Below are positions 62,531 to 64,000 of a DNA stretch of 64,000 bases, one piece after another. Under the pieces are notes generated by a model, which saw only the letters and a program-made list of their open reading frames with translations, had not been told where the DNA came from and did not search any database. Positions within the stretch are counted from its first letter, which is position 1. Each line of letters begins with the position of its first letter. Source of the DNA: Antedon mediterranea (lineage: Eukaryota > Animalia > Echinodermata); contig NC_092678.1 in the NCBI RefSeq assembly GCF_964355755.1, forward strand, positions 19,423,365-19,487,364. The letters run 5' to 3'. Made by a program: the position numbers and the translations under genes.

Positions 62531-64000
62531 CTACAAATGCCATTCGAGATTCCTCTGATATCCATCGATTATGTTACATAATCTTGCGTTCTGGCGATAT
62601 TTAAATGGAATCACTTTGTTCAGACCCTTTGTAAAGTCTCGCAATTTGAATCCTGCTAGACATCTGCTAGGAACTGGAACATTTGGGATTGGCTCACCAA
62701 CACATAGTTGTACAATTGGATATGTTGTTGCTGAAAATACAGCTCGTAAAAAACGAATAAACAACGAAGTGTTATCGAAGTAATCATCTTTGGAGTATAG
62801 TTGTAATTTATTTAATTCTTGACACCCAGTTTCAGACCTGACTACTTCTAAAATCTGATATGCTCTCTCACGATTTACTGGATGGTATACATCGGCTTCT
62901 GGAATAAACTGAAACCAACCATGAGTTTCCATCAGAAGAACTGCATGCTTATTGGTTGTACTCAGAAGAGGACGCATTGACGAAAGAAGTTGTTTAAACC
63001 CAACTACGTCTACAGCTTGCGATGCTGCAATACGATCGTACTTTGGTTTAACATCCGATTCTTTGTACAATAAAGTGAAATCTCCAACGCAACAGTTAAA
63101 GCTGATCTGATGTCTTTTAATAAAAGAGACGGCATTTCTAACGACACTGGTAATGTAACCATGAAATAGTTTGACTATCGAATCTTCGTTTTTAAACATC
63201 TTGCTTGCTCGAATGTAATCCCATCCACGAAATGGAATATCGAGAGGAGGGATACAATACTCGAGGTTACCTGCCCTTGTTGAAATTTGCTGACACTTGC
63301 ATGAAAGTAATGGAGGTCCCGTAAGTGTTGGGTTATCAAATCGTAAACTAGTTTCACAGTCACCTTTTAAGAAAAGTCCGTTGACAAAATATGTAGCGGT
63401 CGACTCGCCATGTCTTTCTGGAACCAATTGGCAGTAACCGGAAGCAAGCTCAGAGTTACTGGACCAGATACCGTTCCTAAACAAGTTTGTTCTCTGCCCA
63501 ACCAAATCGATGGAATTCCATTTGCCGGTGTCGCATTCTAATTCCAACCACTTACTCCAAACCTCTTTTATCTTTGATAGATTATCTTGGTTAAGAAGCA
63601 ATTCACCAGACGTTTTAGACTTTAGAGTATCAACATCATAAACAGCTAGCTCTTTCAGCATGGATACAAGAAAATGGAAATCCTCGTCAGGAAGTTGAAG
63701 TGAGTACCAGATATTAGTAACTGTCTCTTCAATGGCATCTCTTGAACTCTGTGTCACCATCATGTAGATGAAGAGTACATTTCTTGCCATAACAAAAGGA
63801 CTGATGTCTGCCAATTTATACCTTACATTACCGGTGAAGTCTTTTGGAAGCGATGCTGTCGTAAGTAACATGCTTCCTAAGTCACCTACATCACCAAATA
63901 AAACGTTGTAATCTCTTCTTGCTAGTGGTCCTTCGGCATCTATCGAAGACACACGTTTGGCCTCATTTAAGTTTAGCTTCAAAACATAAACTGCAATAGT
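62531..64000 (-). CDS. MYND-DUF4470-like protein, paralog 3 (large terminal exon; 5' part outside window)
   Basis: Open frame to the window edge, highly similar to paralogs 1 and 2, ending RNLEWHL*. Confidence 0.8.
   Translation of the reverse strand, partial: TIAVYVLKLNLNEAKRVSSIDAEGPLARRDYNVLFGDVGDLGSMLLTTASLPKDFTGNVRYKLADISPFVMARNVLFIYMMVTQSSRDAIEETVTNIWYSLQLPDEDFHFLVSMLKELAVYDVDTLKSKTSGELLLNQDNLSKIKEVWSKWLELECDTGKWNSIDLVGQRTNLFRNGIWSSNSELASGYCQLVPERHGESTATYFVNGLFLKGDCETSLRFDNPTLTGPPLLSCKCQQISTRAGNLEYCIPPLDIPFRGWDYIRASKMFKNEDSIVKLFHGYITSVVRNAVSFIKRHQISFNCCVGDFTLLYKESDVKPKYDRIAASQAVDVVGFKQLLSSMRPLLSTTNKHAVLLMETHGWFQFIPEADVYHPVNRERAYQILEVVRSETGCQELNKLQLYSKDDYFDNTSLFIRFLRAVFSATTYPIVQLCVGEPIPNVPVPSRCLAGFKLRDFTKGLNKVIPFKYRQNARLCNIIDGYQRNLEWHL

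Overview
AT-rich, intron-rich animal genomic DNA from an invertebrate; an echinoderm-like deuterostome is a guess. It is not prokaryotic and has no CRISPR, rRNA or true tRNA genes. I reconstructed exon structures by hand from GT-AG boundaries. (1) The 5' part of an ankyrin-repeat + ROC-type GTPase (Roco-like) gene, minus strand, 8118 to the window start, with tandemly duplicated phase-0 ankyrin exons carrying a short hypervariable patch. (2) A complete 15-coding-exon aminoacylase-1 gene, plus strand, 16097-29315. (3) A cluster of four two-exon caveolin genes (three plus, one minus) with near-identical exon 2 DNA but unrelated introns. (4) A tandem array of three MYND-MYND-DUF4470-like genes, minus strand, the last cut by the window end. 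Non-coding space is full of non-autonomous transposons, several nested and most with TIRs and TSDs: hAT-like, PIF/Harbinger-like, Helitron, MULE-like, Kolobok-like and Chapaev-like elements, LINE 3' ends, and CORE- and V-type SINEs. There are also minisatellites, five 18-37 bp CA...TG palindromes with 7-bp TSDs that look like P-element excision footprints, and a strong excess of the palindrome TAGGCCTA. Family assignments come from motif recognition only; no database search was run.
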